Shown here piece after piece: positions 49,658 to 63,144 of a DNA stretch of 64,000 nucleotides (position 1 is the stretch's first letter; every line of letters starts with the position of its first letter). The DNA is from Rhodosorus marinus CCMP1338 (lineage: Eukaryota; Plantae; Rhodophyta), in assembly GCA_029953675.1 (NCBI GenBank), contig JAMWBK010000004.1:1922001-1986000 (forward strand). Reading direction: 5' to 3'. The notes under the pieces were generated by a model. It was not told the DNA's origin. It did no database searches and was given only the letters and a program-made list of their open reading frames with translations. Made by a program: the position numbers and the translations under genes.

Positions 49658-52327
49658 CTTTCTCAAAGGCTAGTTCTTGGCTCAAAGCCCACCTCAGATC
49701 AACACGCCCTAAAGACCCTCCGCCTTCTTTCTACACTATTCCTCTGGCATGCAAAAACTGCCCTCCCTCCCCGTCCCTCCGAACCGTTCCTAAACCATAA
49801 TCTCACAGTCCTCCCTCCCCATCACCCTCCCTACTTCCCACCCCACGCAGCCCCCATCCACAACTCTAAACCCCCTCTCCCCCTTCCCTCCTTCATTTCC
49901 CCCCCGATAATACATCCACAGACGCGACTAGGGCCACACTTGGAGACACATGGCAACTCATGAAAGCTTACGCAAAATCGTTAGAAGAACAAATTATTTA
50001 CGAATACAGAACATTGGCCAGAACATAAATAAACCTACTTTTTTCTTAAAAACAAGAAAACCAGTTACTAAAACTTTAATCGAAAAAAGGAAAACCCTCT
50101 AAACATTATGGAAATACATCCTTTAAACGTTTGGCCGCGTATCATGCCCTCAGAGCATATATTATGAATATATTGAATACAAAATCTTCCAAAAAAACCC
50201 TATTAGAGCACCCAATGCTAATGTAACCGATTCTTCTTCTCACCCCCCCCCCCTCCTCTGAACATTACCGTCCCGAACTTTCAATATTTAGTACCACCCC
50301 GTTCTATTTGTCAGAATGGAGAAGTGAATATTGAAATAAATAAATACAAATGAGGATATGAAGAAGTTAGTTGATTGGGGAATAGGGTGAAAAGGATTTC
50401 AATGATGATAGAAGACTTGAACTGCGTCCCCCTACCTTCTCCCCCTTTCCAATCCCCGCCCCCCTACGCTGGACACTTTACAAAAAAAACGATTAGCAAA
50501 TGAGGCGTTTCCACCTACACCAAACCGCCGATCCTCTCCAGACAAATATATATATGTTTATAAAAACAAACTTATGTTTTACTTTTTTTTAGGAGAAACG
50601 GTTTCATCTCATCCCCCCTGCTTTTCAGGTTGTCACTCGAACCCACTAATCTTTCCCTACCCCAAAATGGCACACTCCAATCAACTATCCCGTTCTACTT
50701 TATATCCAGCACCCCCCTTTTTCCATTTGTACCGTTTTCCTATGCGCTGGCTCGCAACCCCTCTTGATAATAATGTACGGAAAAACAAGAATTCCACGGA
50801 GAACAGATAAAGACTTTCAGAAAGTCTCTGCTAGTGTTTACCTCGTGGTTCGAGAACCACGAGGTAAACGAAGAAAACAAGGAGTTTGGAATCGAACAGC
50901 TGTCCGTATTTATCGAGATACCCGAAGAAGTTGGAACTATTCCCGTTGTACATTGTACTAAGGATACAAACTCTTATTTTTATTCGTAATTATAACATAT
51001 GTTAGAGGTTTCTACGTTCCCCATACTGGCTTGGACCATATGACAGTGGCCTGGGAGTTGCTAAACGGATTGCTTCTCGGAAGGGGTTGGGAATGGTTTT
51101 CACATTGTTCGCTTGATCGTTTTTGTTTTTACGGTTGTATGGATAACGTTACTTCTTACGGGTTTGTGCATAGGGCTCTGTAAAAGACCATAGGGAAGAT
51201 GACTAGTACTGTAGTAAAAGTTTGGAGGAATTGTGATGTGAAGATGTTCTGGGCGTGGGGGGAGGGGGGGAAGCATGAAATGCGAACTGAAGTTTGATGT
51301 TCTCGTAGTTTTTAGACTCAACCAATTCTCATGGGTTCCAACCCGGGGGGCAATCTGTAAGCAAGTTTCCTTATAAAATTACAAGAAAAGGAAACCTCTC
51401 TATCGCACAACAGAAAAGGAATGTAAAAAAAAATCGTTCTGGATGAGAATTGAAAAACAGAAAATTTCAAAACCTACGAGACTATCATTGGCTAGAACTA
51501 ATTGCGCTAAATCGAAAGTCTTTCATTATTCAGTCGAAGAAAAACAACCCTTTCCAAATTTACAAAAATTAGTGCACGTCCATATTAATTTATTTGATTA
51601 TACGAAACTTGACGGGGAAATTCTTCTCATCCAGTGGTGCAAAATAGATCTTCTGTCTAATATATTTTATCGTATACTTCATAAATTATTTCATCATAGA
51701 TATAAATTTACTGCGTATTCATTCTAAAGTGTCGAATTTTCGTGTACCGCGTGTCTTTTCATCCAAATCATTTCTCGCCTTGGATGTCTGAAATGGGGGG
51801 GGGGTTGTATTGCTATCGAGTCGTGCCCAGCCCCTCAACAATGTGAGGTGGTTGAACTTTGTGACGCGGATATGCTCAACTAACAGGTGAGCTTTTCTTG
51901 TTTTGCTTTAGTCCAACGGCAGAAAGAGACCATTACGTGGTAAGGGGGGTTGCTAGTGAGTTCCATGTTGAACAGTAGGGGTAGTAACCAAGCTACTGAC
52001 TAGTTTTTTTTTGGAGGAGCTACTCTACCTTGCTGCTTAGTGATTAACACGGTTGGGAAAATGTTTCCGGCCATCTGATCCAAGGTCAGTTGTACGTGGC
52101 CCACTGGTAGTTTCTGTCAAGGGCCTTTCTTCTCTAGGTTTTTTGCCAGCCCGTGTCTGTATCTACCGCTCTGATAGGGTTATGTAGTAGCTTGGGGTAC
52201 TTTGGCAGGAGATTCTTCGAGTTTTAAATTGAAAATGGAGCGTGTACCTCTGTCGTTGAGTGAGCATATCTGTCCCACTTTTGTTAGCAGCTGGAAGCGC
52301 TTACCCTGTGTCTATTCGTCCGGCTTG

Positions 52328-52380
52328 TGCGTGTGAACCCCAACTTCAACAATAGTTGTTGAAGTTGGGGTTCACACGCA
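52328..52380. repeat. Perfect inverted repeat with 25-bp arms and a 3-nt loop
   Basis: tgcgtgtgaaccccaacttcaacaa-tag-ttgttgaagttggggttcacacgca. Confidence 0.97.
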
Positions 52381-52790
52381 TATAGCCTGTGTCGATTTCC
52401 AAGCACTTTTGTGGATAAGAAGTTGCTTGTGTAGGTCCGTCAATCTGGGCTCGGATCTAGATTCCGATGAATTTTTTTTTTTTAATCAGTTGACAAAACG
52501 AGCCGGGAGGAGTCCTGGGCTGATCAATTTGCGCAACGCCTACAGGAGGCGACGAACCATAATATGGGTAGGGGGTTGAAGTTCTCACAGTAGCCACATC
52601 GTTCAGACTGCACCATCCATAGAAGGAAGATTTCCATTCCAACGGGAACGGAAGTAGTCGCACGAGGAACACTAGCATATTTGTTCTGAGTTCTGGCTTG
52701 TTTTTTTGTGGAAACTGGAGATGATTCCGTTCCTTTGCTCAACCTGCGATCAGAGCATAACCCGAGAGCTCTTGGATAAATCGCAGATCC

Positions 52791-55700
52791 TTACTTTATT
52801 CTTGGTCGCTTCGAGCTTGCCGAAAGGCCGAATATGTCGTCCTCCAATGTTCGCCTTTCTTCGAGCACAAAACGCATTGCCTCGAGATTAAATCCAAGAT
52901 TATCTCTATGGCGATTAACGCGGGAGCGCAAGAGCCCCGAGATGCTAGAAACCAGGGATCTGTTTCCGCCAGAAACAATCTGATCTTGATGGGTATGAAC
53001 TATGTACATGACAGTGCGATAAACAAGTTCAATATCTACACAGCTGGCCGCCTCAGTCTTCAGCCACGAGAGGCAGTACGTTAATATCAGGGTCGCCTGC
53101 TTTAGCGGCAACAACTGTAGGGTTGCTTCCAAGTCCGCTCTTCTCACATTCTTCAGGACACGCAGGACATAGTCCTCTGCTGAGAGTCCCACAAGCTCTA
53201 CGCTAGGTGGCTCGCTAGGCTCCTCCTCCCTTCTCAGCTTTTCCAGTTCTCCGAGCTCCAATGCTTCAAGCAGCTTATCACCTCCGGTTATGGCGTCCAG
53301 CGTTCGTCTCCCGGCAAGCGAGGTATCGGTTGGAACCTGTTCATTTTTTGCTTGGAATGTAAGTCCTGACTGGCCAGTCACGATTCTTTTTGACAATGTC
53401 AGGTCGCCCTTACCACTTCAGGAACTATTGCCGTAGACGATCGTCTCTGTCGCTCATCTTCTTGAAGCGTTCCCTCCAGCACTGCATCAAGCCTCTTGTT
53501 TTTCTCGTCCTCTATAAACATCATTTCGTCTGATCTCTTCCATACTCTTATGCTTCTGTCATGGCTTCCACTGACCACAATTTCGCCGTCGGCGCTAGTC
53601 GTACATGTCCATACTGACGCCCAAAAAGAACGAACACACATCGCATTCAGGGACGAAGACATTCACATATCTACTAGGAGAGGTTTTATGGATCTGTATA
53701 GACTGCTGCACGCATTTTCCAAAACTCAGAACGCGTGTCACAGAAACAACGACGGTTCCAAGCGGAACTCAGCAAACTGAAGACATGATAGCCAGAGTTG
53801 CTCCACATGTACTTCGCTTCTGTGACACTATGTGAGTTGGAAAGCTTGGGTAGCGGCAGCCTATACATAGCCAGAAATCATATGCATCCGATTGAACGCA
53901 GGTGCTTCCCTACCTTCACATCTCTGTCCAGGCATCTCTGTGATCAGTTCAAACTTATCTGCATCCCAGTACTTCAACGTACCATCCCTACTGCCTGAGA
54001 ACAGCATATGTGTATAAGGTTGGAAGACGACGGTCATAACCGATCCATCATGCGCTCGCAGACTCTTCCGGCAATCGCCAAAATCAAGGCCCCAGAGTTT
54101 AACGCTCTTATCGGCCGAACCAGTAGCAAGCATTGTCCCATCACTCGACACATCCAGAGAGAGTACAGGAAGCTTGTGGCCATAAAAAGTAAGGAAGGGC
54201 TTCAGTGAATCCAGGTAGAATGCTCTCACGGTTGAATCCAGCAAGGATACAAGTATGTATTTGGAATCATTTGTAATCCGCACGCAGAGCACATCTTCGT
54301 TCAACTCCAAAATCCTTTTGGTAACCAAGCTGAACTTGCCCTCGCTGTCTTCAACAAGATTCCAAAACTTGACCTTTTTGTCGCTCCCACATGTTACGAA
54401 GCCGTCGTCGCTAGAGGGCACATCGATCCCCCAAACAGAACCATCGTGTGCTGTTTCAGCGAGGCAAGCTTCGACTCCAGATGAAAAGTCGAAGATTTGC
54501 ACTTGCCCCGCTTTGAACCCAGCAACGACAAACTTCTCAGAGGCAATTAGCTTGCAACAAAGCCCGTATCCCACAGTTTCAATCGTGCGCAGGCACACTC
54601 CGGTTACGGGGTTCCAGACCTTCAAAGATTTCGCTGACGAGAGAGAAAGCAAGGCCGAATCGTCACTGGTCATTGTCAACGAGCGAACATCTCCTCGATC
54701 GCCAGGCTTGTCAACCAACATGATGCTTTTCAGTGTTCCTCCTCGTCCTAATCCGATCTCAAGAACCTCGAGCAAGTTGTGGTGCATGTGTGCCTGACGA
54801 TAGACACGGTGATTCATATAGTGAGCACGTTTCCGAGCAACAGAGCTTTCGAAACCGTAGTACCTTACCATAATACGAAGGTTTTGTTGGTTCTCAAGAA
54901 AAGACGCGGATCTCACTTTGTAATCAGTTTTTACAGATCGAGCGTGGTGAAAGAAATCTACTGCCTCCAGTGCCAGATCACCTACGGGCTGGACTTCTTG
55001 CTCGTTCGAACCACTTTTCGCCTCCCGTCGCGTTCTTCGTCTCCGTCGATGCTTTTTCGCATCAGCTTCATTCCTTACGTGGAACAGTTGAATTGATTTC
55101 TCCGTTCCGTGGCCAAGGAGTATAGTTCCTGCTTTGTTGAAGCGAAGGCAGATACATCTCGAAGAGCCCTCGCGTTCAAATGATCCTAACGGGACCAGTT
55201 TTATCCCATTTCGATCTGTAGCATCCTCGAGCTTCCATACACGTATATCCTGATCAATGGATCCTGTCACAAGTAGGTCCTTTCCAACATCCATTGACCA
55301 GACTTCCCCTGGATGCCCCACAACGGTTTGCACGCAGCTCTGTGTACTGATCTCGTATATTTTCAACAGTCCGTCTTTAGAAGCGGTGATAATGTGCCCG
55401 GAGATAACCCGTAATGCAGTAATCTCATTCGAATGCGCACCGTGAATGCGGAATCGCCCTTTCTCGGCGGCTGGATCCCAGAGAACTACCTCACCGTCTG
55501 CGGAACCAGATACGAAGAGTGTCTCACCCTCAGGATTATTGCCTCCATCCGCCCAAGCAAGACTCGTTACAGCAGTTACGTGCCCGTTGAAAATGCCTTC
55601 CAGTTTTGACTCGACAATCGACCAAGTTCTGATGGACCCATCCGCGTATCCGGCAGCCACTCGTGTGCCGTCGCCGTAGGCGGAGAGAGAAGTGACTTCA

Positions 55701-55924
55701 CGTGCCTCTCTAGCTCCATCGTTCACAAATCTTGCAACCTCCGATCCACTTCTCAGATTCCAAACGATTACCGTGTCCACAGCCGGGGATACCGCCAAAT
55801 TCACTCGGTTTCCATACCTCCTCCTCAACTCCTCGCCCTTCTCCAACACCTCGCTCCCGCATCGAACTCCAGCAACCACTCCAAAAGATTTGTCAAACTG
55901 GTACCTTAAATAAGCTTTCACCAT
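52791..55924 (-). CDS. WDR3: U3 snoRNP WD-repeat protein WDR3/UTP12/Dip2; several introns
   Basis: MVKAYLRY..SFGVV, many WD40 repeats, FYGHKLPVLSLDVSSD..LATGSADKSVKLWGLDFGDCRKSLRAH and a C-terminal Utp12 domain (DLEATLQLLP..NLGFNLEAM). Confidence 0.95.
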
Positions 55925-56722
55925 ATGTCCTTTCTCGAGCCCCGGCCAAAGGCCTTCCCAACACCGAAAACCCACAGGGCAAAAAAAAAAATTTCTTAAT
56001 GTGATGCACTCACGATCAAACTTCTAGATGCAAACGAGAATCCAGTTCCAACATCTTACAAACCTATCGACCTTTTCCTATACTTGTCTAAGCTCTCCAC
56101 AGATGCACAGGCCCAATCCACTGCTCCTTCACCCTCCCCAAACTTATCAAATGGCTTAGTGGCCATTCCCCGTCATCACCAATAGTGATTCCGTCAAAGA
56201 GTCACCTTCCATATCAGTCAAAAATATGATAATTATAAAATATATGAAATATATTCAATCATTAAAATTATTGATTGATATTAGTTAATGACACTTAGAG
56301 CATTTTGTGGGGGATATTCTCGTACCGTTTAAGAGTCCGTGTAAAAGTCAGCCAAGATGGAGAATAAATTACAAATATATGAATATTTATATTCCTTGGA
56401 TATTATGGATTGAACATTATAGGTGACGCTTAACATGTTTTCATGTTGGTACGGGGTTGATTGGATGGAACCGGTCAACGGCGGTGACCATTTTTTCGAG
56501 GTTGGTTGGGATGATTAGAGGAATGGAAAGGACTTCGTTTACGTGAATGATGTGGAGAATTATTAAGGCTTTTGTGGATAGAATGGATGGCCTGGAGCTA
56601 TGGTTTGATATAACACGGAGGGACTCGCCCTAGTTGTCCTGATTTTTGCTTATTGCTTGGTGAGCCGCTTTTTGGCGGGACTTGATTTTCAACTTAGGAT
56701 AGGATGGACTATTAGGAGCTAG

Positions 56723-57166
56723 TTGTGGTTTGTCGCGTCTGTTAATCTGGTATCGTGCCTTTGCCACGGTATTTTAGCTTACCTACGAACTGCCGAGATG
56801 CATCTTATGACATTTTCACTCAGTGCGAGTGACTTACAAAGGAAAACTGTGTCTCTCGTTGGGATCTGGAAGCGAAGGGGTTTTCACGGAGGGCATCATG
56901 GTCGGCTCACAGCTCCACTTGAATCCGGCCTTGTTGAATTGACTGAAAAGATAGGATCATCGGCGACCCGTTACTACGAGTCCAGAGAGTATCGCAGGTT
57001 CCCCCCCCAGACGCCGGCATATGGGATGGCCGAATTCCTAACCGGTCCCAGTCGCGGCGACCGCTTAGATTTTGTGAAGAGTTATGAGGTGTGTAGCTCT
57101 AGTCTACTATACCCTCAAGCCATACGATCATCTGAACAACAGCAGCGTGCCGCGACTCATCTGTGA
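56723..57166 (+). other. Unassigned 147-codon ORF
   Basis: Only an open frame with a non-ATG start; no motif recognised. Confidence 0.2.
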
Positions 57167-58081
57167 TACGATAGATAGTTGGAGTTGCAACTGACCACGT
57201 AGATTACCTGAGGTCAGTATCAGTACCTCAGGATAACAATCCGCTAACCAAGGGGATCCAATGTCGAAAGGTTCCTCGCGCTATCGCGTCCAATCTGAAT
57301 TCCGGTTGAGAGTAATTACTATGGTTCCATCTCAATTTCATCCGACAGAGTACTCGTGTAGGGAATCCACTTATCCAGAGGAAGTCATAGGGGTTGATAG
57401 TGTGCAAATAGAGCACGTGACAGCCCATTCAAAGCATGTACAATGAAACGGAAAGGAAAACTTAAGCTCTGGTAGATCGGAACATCCTCTATTAGGAAGT
57501 CCACATGATATCCTGTAAGTCAGTCCTCGTCAACCCAAGATTGATCTCCTCAAGCCTTTCCTCCACGACTGGAACCGATAGAGCGAATCCAGAACGAGCG
57601 TATGGACTGTATCCGACCTTCCGAAATTCCCATCCAGACACCTAAATGACAATTCTACAGTGTTCGACGAAAGGCTCCGTCCTTGTCAACGACCGCAAAC
57701 TCCTACTCCTTTCACTCTGGAGAACTGCATCCGTGCACAGTGGACTACCCGTAGGGGTTGTATCGGAACAACTGAAAAGCTTGCGTGATCTCGATGAAAA
57801 ATGAATACCTGGACTACCTTACAATTAGCCCCAGTTACTCCCGAGCAAAAGGAGCTCGGGCTTGGCCTTTGCCGAAAACCCTATTCCCTCAGTTTCAAAA
57901 ATCTCAGTCGATCTGGTCGTTGGGGAGGGTGCGTGATAAGAGAACAACACTTGATGCCAGAGACTAACTCCAGATCTCAGCATTAACTTGATTAGGCAGA
58001 ACCATTTTTTTCCTGATTCTTGGTAGTGTATACGAAGGGGAATATTTGCAAGAGTTCGGTGTTCGTAGAAGTTTCCCAACG

Positions 58082-59109
58082 ATGGTTGGTTTTGTCTTGT
58101 CGTTGAGTGCTACGGTTAGGACAAATGAGTTGATGAGATCTAATAGGGTGAAGGGTAGTGGATGGTGCAGGAATGTTGATGTGGTGAGAAGACGCGGAAT
58201 GGTTAGGTGCAGAGCCAGTCCGAAGAACGAGTTCGAGGAGACCGCGAGGAAGGAGCTCAATGAAGATCTTGAGAAAAGGTTTCGCGAAGCGGAGGAGGAG
58301 ATGTCGAAGAAAAAGGAAGGAGAGGAGAAGCCGAAAGATCAGAGCATAGAGGGCATGATGATGAAATTTGCTGGTAGTCAGGAGGCTCAGGATGTGAAGG
58401 CATTTGCTACCGCGTTCGCTATTGCTCTCGCATTCCGTACTTTCGTCATAGAACCAAGGTAGGATTTTTGTTTCCGAATGGTATTCATCACCACCAACAC
58501 CTCAGGAGAAAAGTCTTTAAGGGTTTGCGATTTCTCGACACTGTTCCAGATTTATTCCATCGCTTTCTATGTTTCCTACCTTCGCTGTCGGGGACCAGCT
58601 ACTCGTAGAGAAGGTCACCAAGTACTTTAGAGGGTTCCACTCGGGTGATATTGTCGTGTTTGACCCACCAGAAGCCCTGATTCTTAAGGGGTACAAGAAG
58701 GGCGATGCTTTTATCAAGCGTGTTGTTGGAGAGGAAGGAGATGAAGTAGAGGTATTCCTAAAGTCATTTGACAGTTGAAGACCATATCGCTCCTGAGGTT
58801 TACCATATACTGTCCGCCTTTTCCTTCCTCCTCACCTTCAGCTCACTTGATTTTCACATACAGGTGAAGGGTGGAATCCTGTATGTAAACGGGAAGCCTA
58901 GAAAGGAGGACTTCATTGCTGAAAAGCCCACCTACGAATGGGGGCCAAAAATTGTGCCAGATGGAATGGTGATGGTGCTCGGTGACAATAGAAACCAAAG
59001 CTATGATTCTCACCTCTGGGGGTTCCTGCCGAAGAAGAATATAATCGGCAGAGGTGCTCTGAAGTATTGGCCTCCCGGGGAATTTAGAAGCTTGATATAC
59101 TCGGAATAA
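58082..59109 (+). CDS. Plastid type I signal peptidase (thylakoidal processing peptidase, S26A); two introns
   Basis: Transit-like MVGFVLSLS.., catalytic Ser in [10 protein letters not shown], catalytic Lys in FIKRVVG, and [14 protein letters not shown]. Confidence 0.93.
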
Positions 59110-59266
59110 GCTCAACTGGCAACTATGGTACATGCTTCTCCGGATCGATTGGCTGCAACATTGGAGCCTGGCTCTTGTCTTGCCGCTAACGGGTCTTGTT
59201 TGGCTTGTGTCGATCGCACTAAAACGCATACACTTAATTTTCACAACCTAACAACAGCTCCTAGTC

Positions 59267-61479
59267 TCAAATCCCAAACCTAAACCTCTCTATTCGGTTT
59301 CCCAAGTTCCTTTCCATGGTGAAACCCTTCACATGTGTTTTGGACAGTTCTATGTAACGCTTCGCCATGGCCTTGTCCCCTAGAAGCTTGTGCAGTACTG
59401 CGAGCTCGAAAGTTGCGAAGACGAGGACCCACTTGTCCGCCTGAGGATGCTCTACGGCTTGCTTCGCATATTCTACTGCTTTGGGTAGCAAGCTAGCATC
59501 AGCTCCGCCCGCGACCCGCAGCAGGGAAGCGCACGCCACGTAGGCTGCGGTAAGTTCGTCAGTATTAGAATCCCTGCAAAGCGAGCGGGAGTTCACGATG
59601 TCAGTGGTCTCCTCAGTTCAAAGAGTTAATAACAGTAGCACTAAGCTCAGGAAAGGATGTACTAAAGGTGCTGGGCCGATCGTGAAGTGGATGAGAGAGA
59701 AACCCTTCTCCCACATGGTGCTACAGGCGAGGAGCCAAATTGGCCTGGATTCTATCTTGAGCTGGCGTATGTGCACGTCCGACAAACCCCTAGTGCTCTG
59801 CTCTTGCTTACCCGCTCAGTGTAGAGGTTAGTGGTACCTTCCTCATCATCGCAAGAGTTCTCGAACCCCTGGAAGGCCTTTGTAACGCAATTTTCTTCCT
59901 CCGGTCTGACTCCAACGGTCCTAGCGTGTCAAGCAAATGGTTCGCGATTGTCAAGGCATCATCTGCATGAATCCACTCTGTCGCGAAAACCGACAAAACC
60001 AGCTCTCCAAAAGCGACCCATGGATACACCCTCTGCGGAAATATTTTCAGTTTGATTGAGATCATAGACTCCACTTCCCCGAGGTGTCGGGTTGCGTTGT
60101 ACTTGGACGCCTGCGATAGCGTAGCTTCTGCCTCTCTCTTCATGCCTAGTACTAGCTCTGATACTCCCAGAGTCGCAAAGGCATACAACGGTAAAGACTT
60201 TGAAGGGTCTGCCACATGGAAAGGAATCAACAACTTTCTAGCCTCAGAGAGTGGCGGCAAGGATAAGGTAGGTCGTGACCTCCAAGTATCTCTTACCCGA
60301 GCTCTGAATCGTTTCTTGCGATATTTTGCGCGCTCTCTCGTAGCTCATTGACATCAGCAGGTTGACTTGGAGATCCGAGGCGATTCTACTCTCGCTTAGG
60401 GGTGCCGGGTTCTTATTTTGCTCTTCATATTTGGCAAAGGATTCGAAAACAACTTCATTGCCCTCTACTAGCCTACCCTGTTGTCGCAAACCCCAGAATC
60501 GCAGCCACCCCCATACGATTGAATCCGGGCAAAGACTTTCGACGGTATCCAGTATCCGCTCCCCTAGCAAAATCCTTTCTTTTAACACCATTTCCGAAGG
60601 AGTGAAGGATGATACCGAGAAGTCGAACAAGAACCACAGAATCGCGTGCACAGCAAAATAGCCAGTTACGGGAACTGTTGCGATATCCTCGTCCTTCATC
60701 TCAGCGACGGCTTGCGCAAGAAGACCAAAGCCAAGCTCTCGGTCTACAACGAAACCCACTAGTTCCAAAATCCTAAGTAGCTTGACTGGAACCATCGAGA
60801 TGTACAGCATGTAAAACCCAAGGCCAAAGCGCCAGCCTGATGAGAACCCTACAAATTCGCGTTTACCATCCTCGAAGCATATCCGTTGCTCAACATCGGA
60901 GACTCTTTGAGGCTTTGGAAGCTCAGACGAAGAGGGCCTCCAGTCGACGGCAGCTTCCTTATACTCAGCAGTCACTCTTTTGAGTTCGCTTTCATAGAGT
61001 TTGAATGCTGATCGAAAATTTATCATGCCTTTCATTGTATCACCGGCGTAGAGCTGCATCGTCGCCTTGAACATTGTACCCTCTGCCACCACAAGTCGGT
61101 AGTCCTCCAGGTCAAAGGCCTGCAAGTCCGTGAGTTCTCCTCTGTTCTTCTGTATTGAGGTGAGCGACTGTGACGAAGGAGAGTCGGATTTAGATCTGGT
61201 CGGAAACTACATCCAGGACAAACGCTTTCCCAAGAGTCCTACCTTGATACTGTTCTCAGCCGTTGCTATTGCCAGATCGAATCGCGCAATGGCTGTTCGT
61301 GCATCTTGCACGTAACCTGCGATCCACATTCTAAACAAGGAAACGTGCGCATGCGTCAATTGGGCTCGAGCGGTGGTAACCGTAGCTCCGAAGCCTGCCT
61401 TGCAAAGACCCTCCGCTTCATCCAGGCGCGCACTCCATGTAAGGTTTTCGACCTTGGATATCGTTGCCTTCTCAGCCAT
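59267..61479 (-). CDS. TTC39/IML2-family TPR protein; several introns
   Basis: FGLGFYMLYISMVPVKLLRILELVGF..DRELG matches the TTC39/IML2 core. A C-terminal ATFELAVL TPR-like helix is present. Confidence 0.75.
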
Positions 61480-61484
61480 TTCCA

Positions 61485-61989
61485 CTAGAGTAGTCCGTCA
61501 GGCTTGCGGCCTCTCGTCCAACCTTTGCTGCTCCGTGGGACAACTCTACGCTCCTTCGGATGAAGCTTTGCACCGGGAGGAGGGTGCCAATCCGCCCTGG
61601 GGAACGGCGCTTCTAGGGAGCTTTCCTTGAACTTACTCTGCTGAGCGACCTCAGCCAACCCTGTAGAGCATGTCACCATACACGAGATAATCATTCATTA
61701 GAAAACCCTCCGAGCCTGTTGAATCGAATGGCGTCCTCCTTTGTCCCGTACCTATTAACGCTCGAAAGCTCGCGGGTTCGTGGCTAACAAGCAGCGACAG
61801 TGTTCTCCTATCCAATCTCACTCCAGTCGTGCGCAATGCTGAAATGAACCTACTGTACGTTGAGTTGTAGTACTTCGCTCCTATTCCAATGGTGCTGATC
61901 CAACCGTCCTTATGCTCTCTATGTCGATATTTCTCTTTTAAGGCCAAGTTCAGTTCTTTCATTCGCTGGAGCCTCCGCAATCCCGGCAT
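61485..61989 (-). CDS. Organellar ribosomal protein bL20-like, probably mitochondrial; short N-terminus and probable intron before a basic tail
   Basis: YRHR..K..WIS.I....YSRFISAL...GVRLDRRTLS.LVSHEPASF.AL matches the bL20 C-terminal core. Confidence 0.75.
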
Positions 61990-63144
61990 GTCCAATTGAA
62001 CAAGAAAAGACGCGCTTTATAATTCAATGTTCCGCAGGGCGCATCCAAACCCAGCATCTCATCAACCTTGCTTAGGCGATCTCTCCCTCCCCCCTCAATC
62101 CACTCCCCTAAGTCAACGTTCCAGCAAGCAAAAAAGGGGGAAAAAAGCATATCTGAACAGAGCAAAAATGCACCCGCCTCCCGAAACCAAAAAGAAAATA
62201 GTTTTTGCTCGGCCATATTTTCACGGCCAGTAATACCTGGATTTTCAAAGGGGCTCCAACTTCTTATTCCTTGTCCGAAAATGATTAATCTTCATTTTTC
62301 CGCCTATTAAGCCATCACACCCACCCCTGGAAAGAAACGCAAAAAGGTGGATATTGACTAGATTCAATCATTAAAGTCTCACCACCTGCCAGTCGCTCGC
62401 CGAAGGTGGCCTGCGTGAAGCGTCTGAATGCTGGAGGATGTGTATGCATGTTGACCATATTGTCATTTAGCAAGATCACTATCTCTCAACTCTCCTTTAC
62501 TGATTGAGGTGATTTTAAACATCAGTAATAGAACAAGCTCTTCGACTCAGAAGCAAAAGCTGAAGTAGGAGCACCTGGGCATAGCCCCCGAAAACTCGTG
62601 GACCTAACAAGTTTTGCTTCTGAAAGCGTGAGGAGGATGTGGATCATATGAACAACAAAAGTGGCGCCCGCTTTTACTACGTTCTTACAAGCGAGCGCTT
62701 GCGGTGTAGGTGTACCAGCCACGGACTAGCCACTGAAAGTGGAATACGGTAAACGGCTTGTTTAAAACAAAAAACTGCTCAAAGAGTTCACAGTCGAACA
62801 AACGATAATATCCAAAGAACAACACTCAGTCCGAAAAGTGCGAACTGAAGGATAACCTTTGTATCGGCATGTTGCACTTTAGGATCGTAAACTCCGGCTT
62901 GATGCAATCCTATCTTTCCCCTTCGGTGCCGTCCATCAACTTTTCCCGACGGCGGTGCTCGAGCAGGGGGGGTTTACTACCTAAAACTCCTTTCTCGAGT
63001 TTGGGTCGTGGCTGTGGGCTCTGTAAGGTGCTCTGCGGCTAGTAGGATAGGATGGGACGATTAGTCGAAGCAGAAATGATGGACAGTACAGCTCGGCATC
63101 TGGATTAATTGTTTACGGTACACCGAAGTTTTGGTGAAAAGAAA

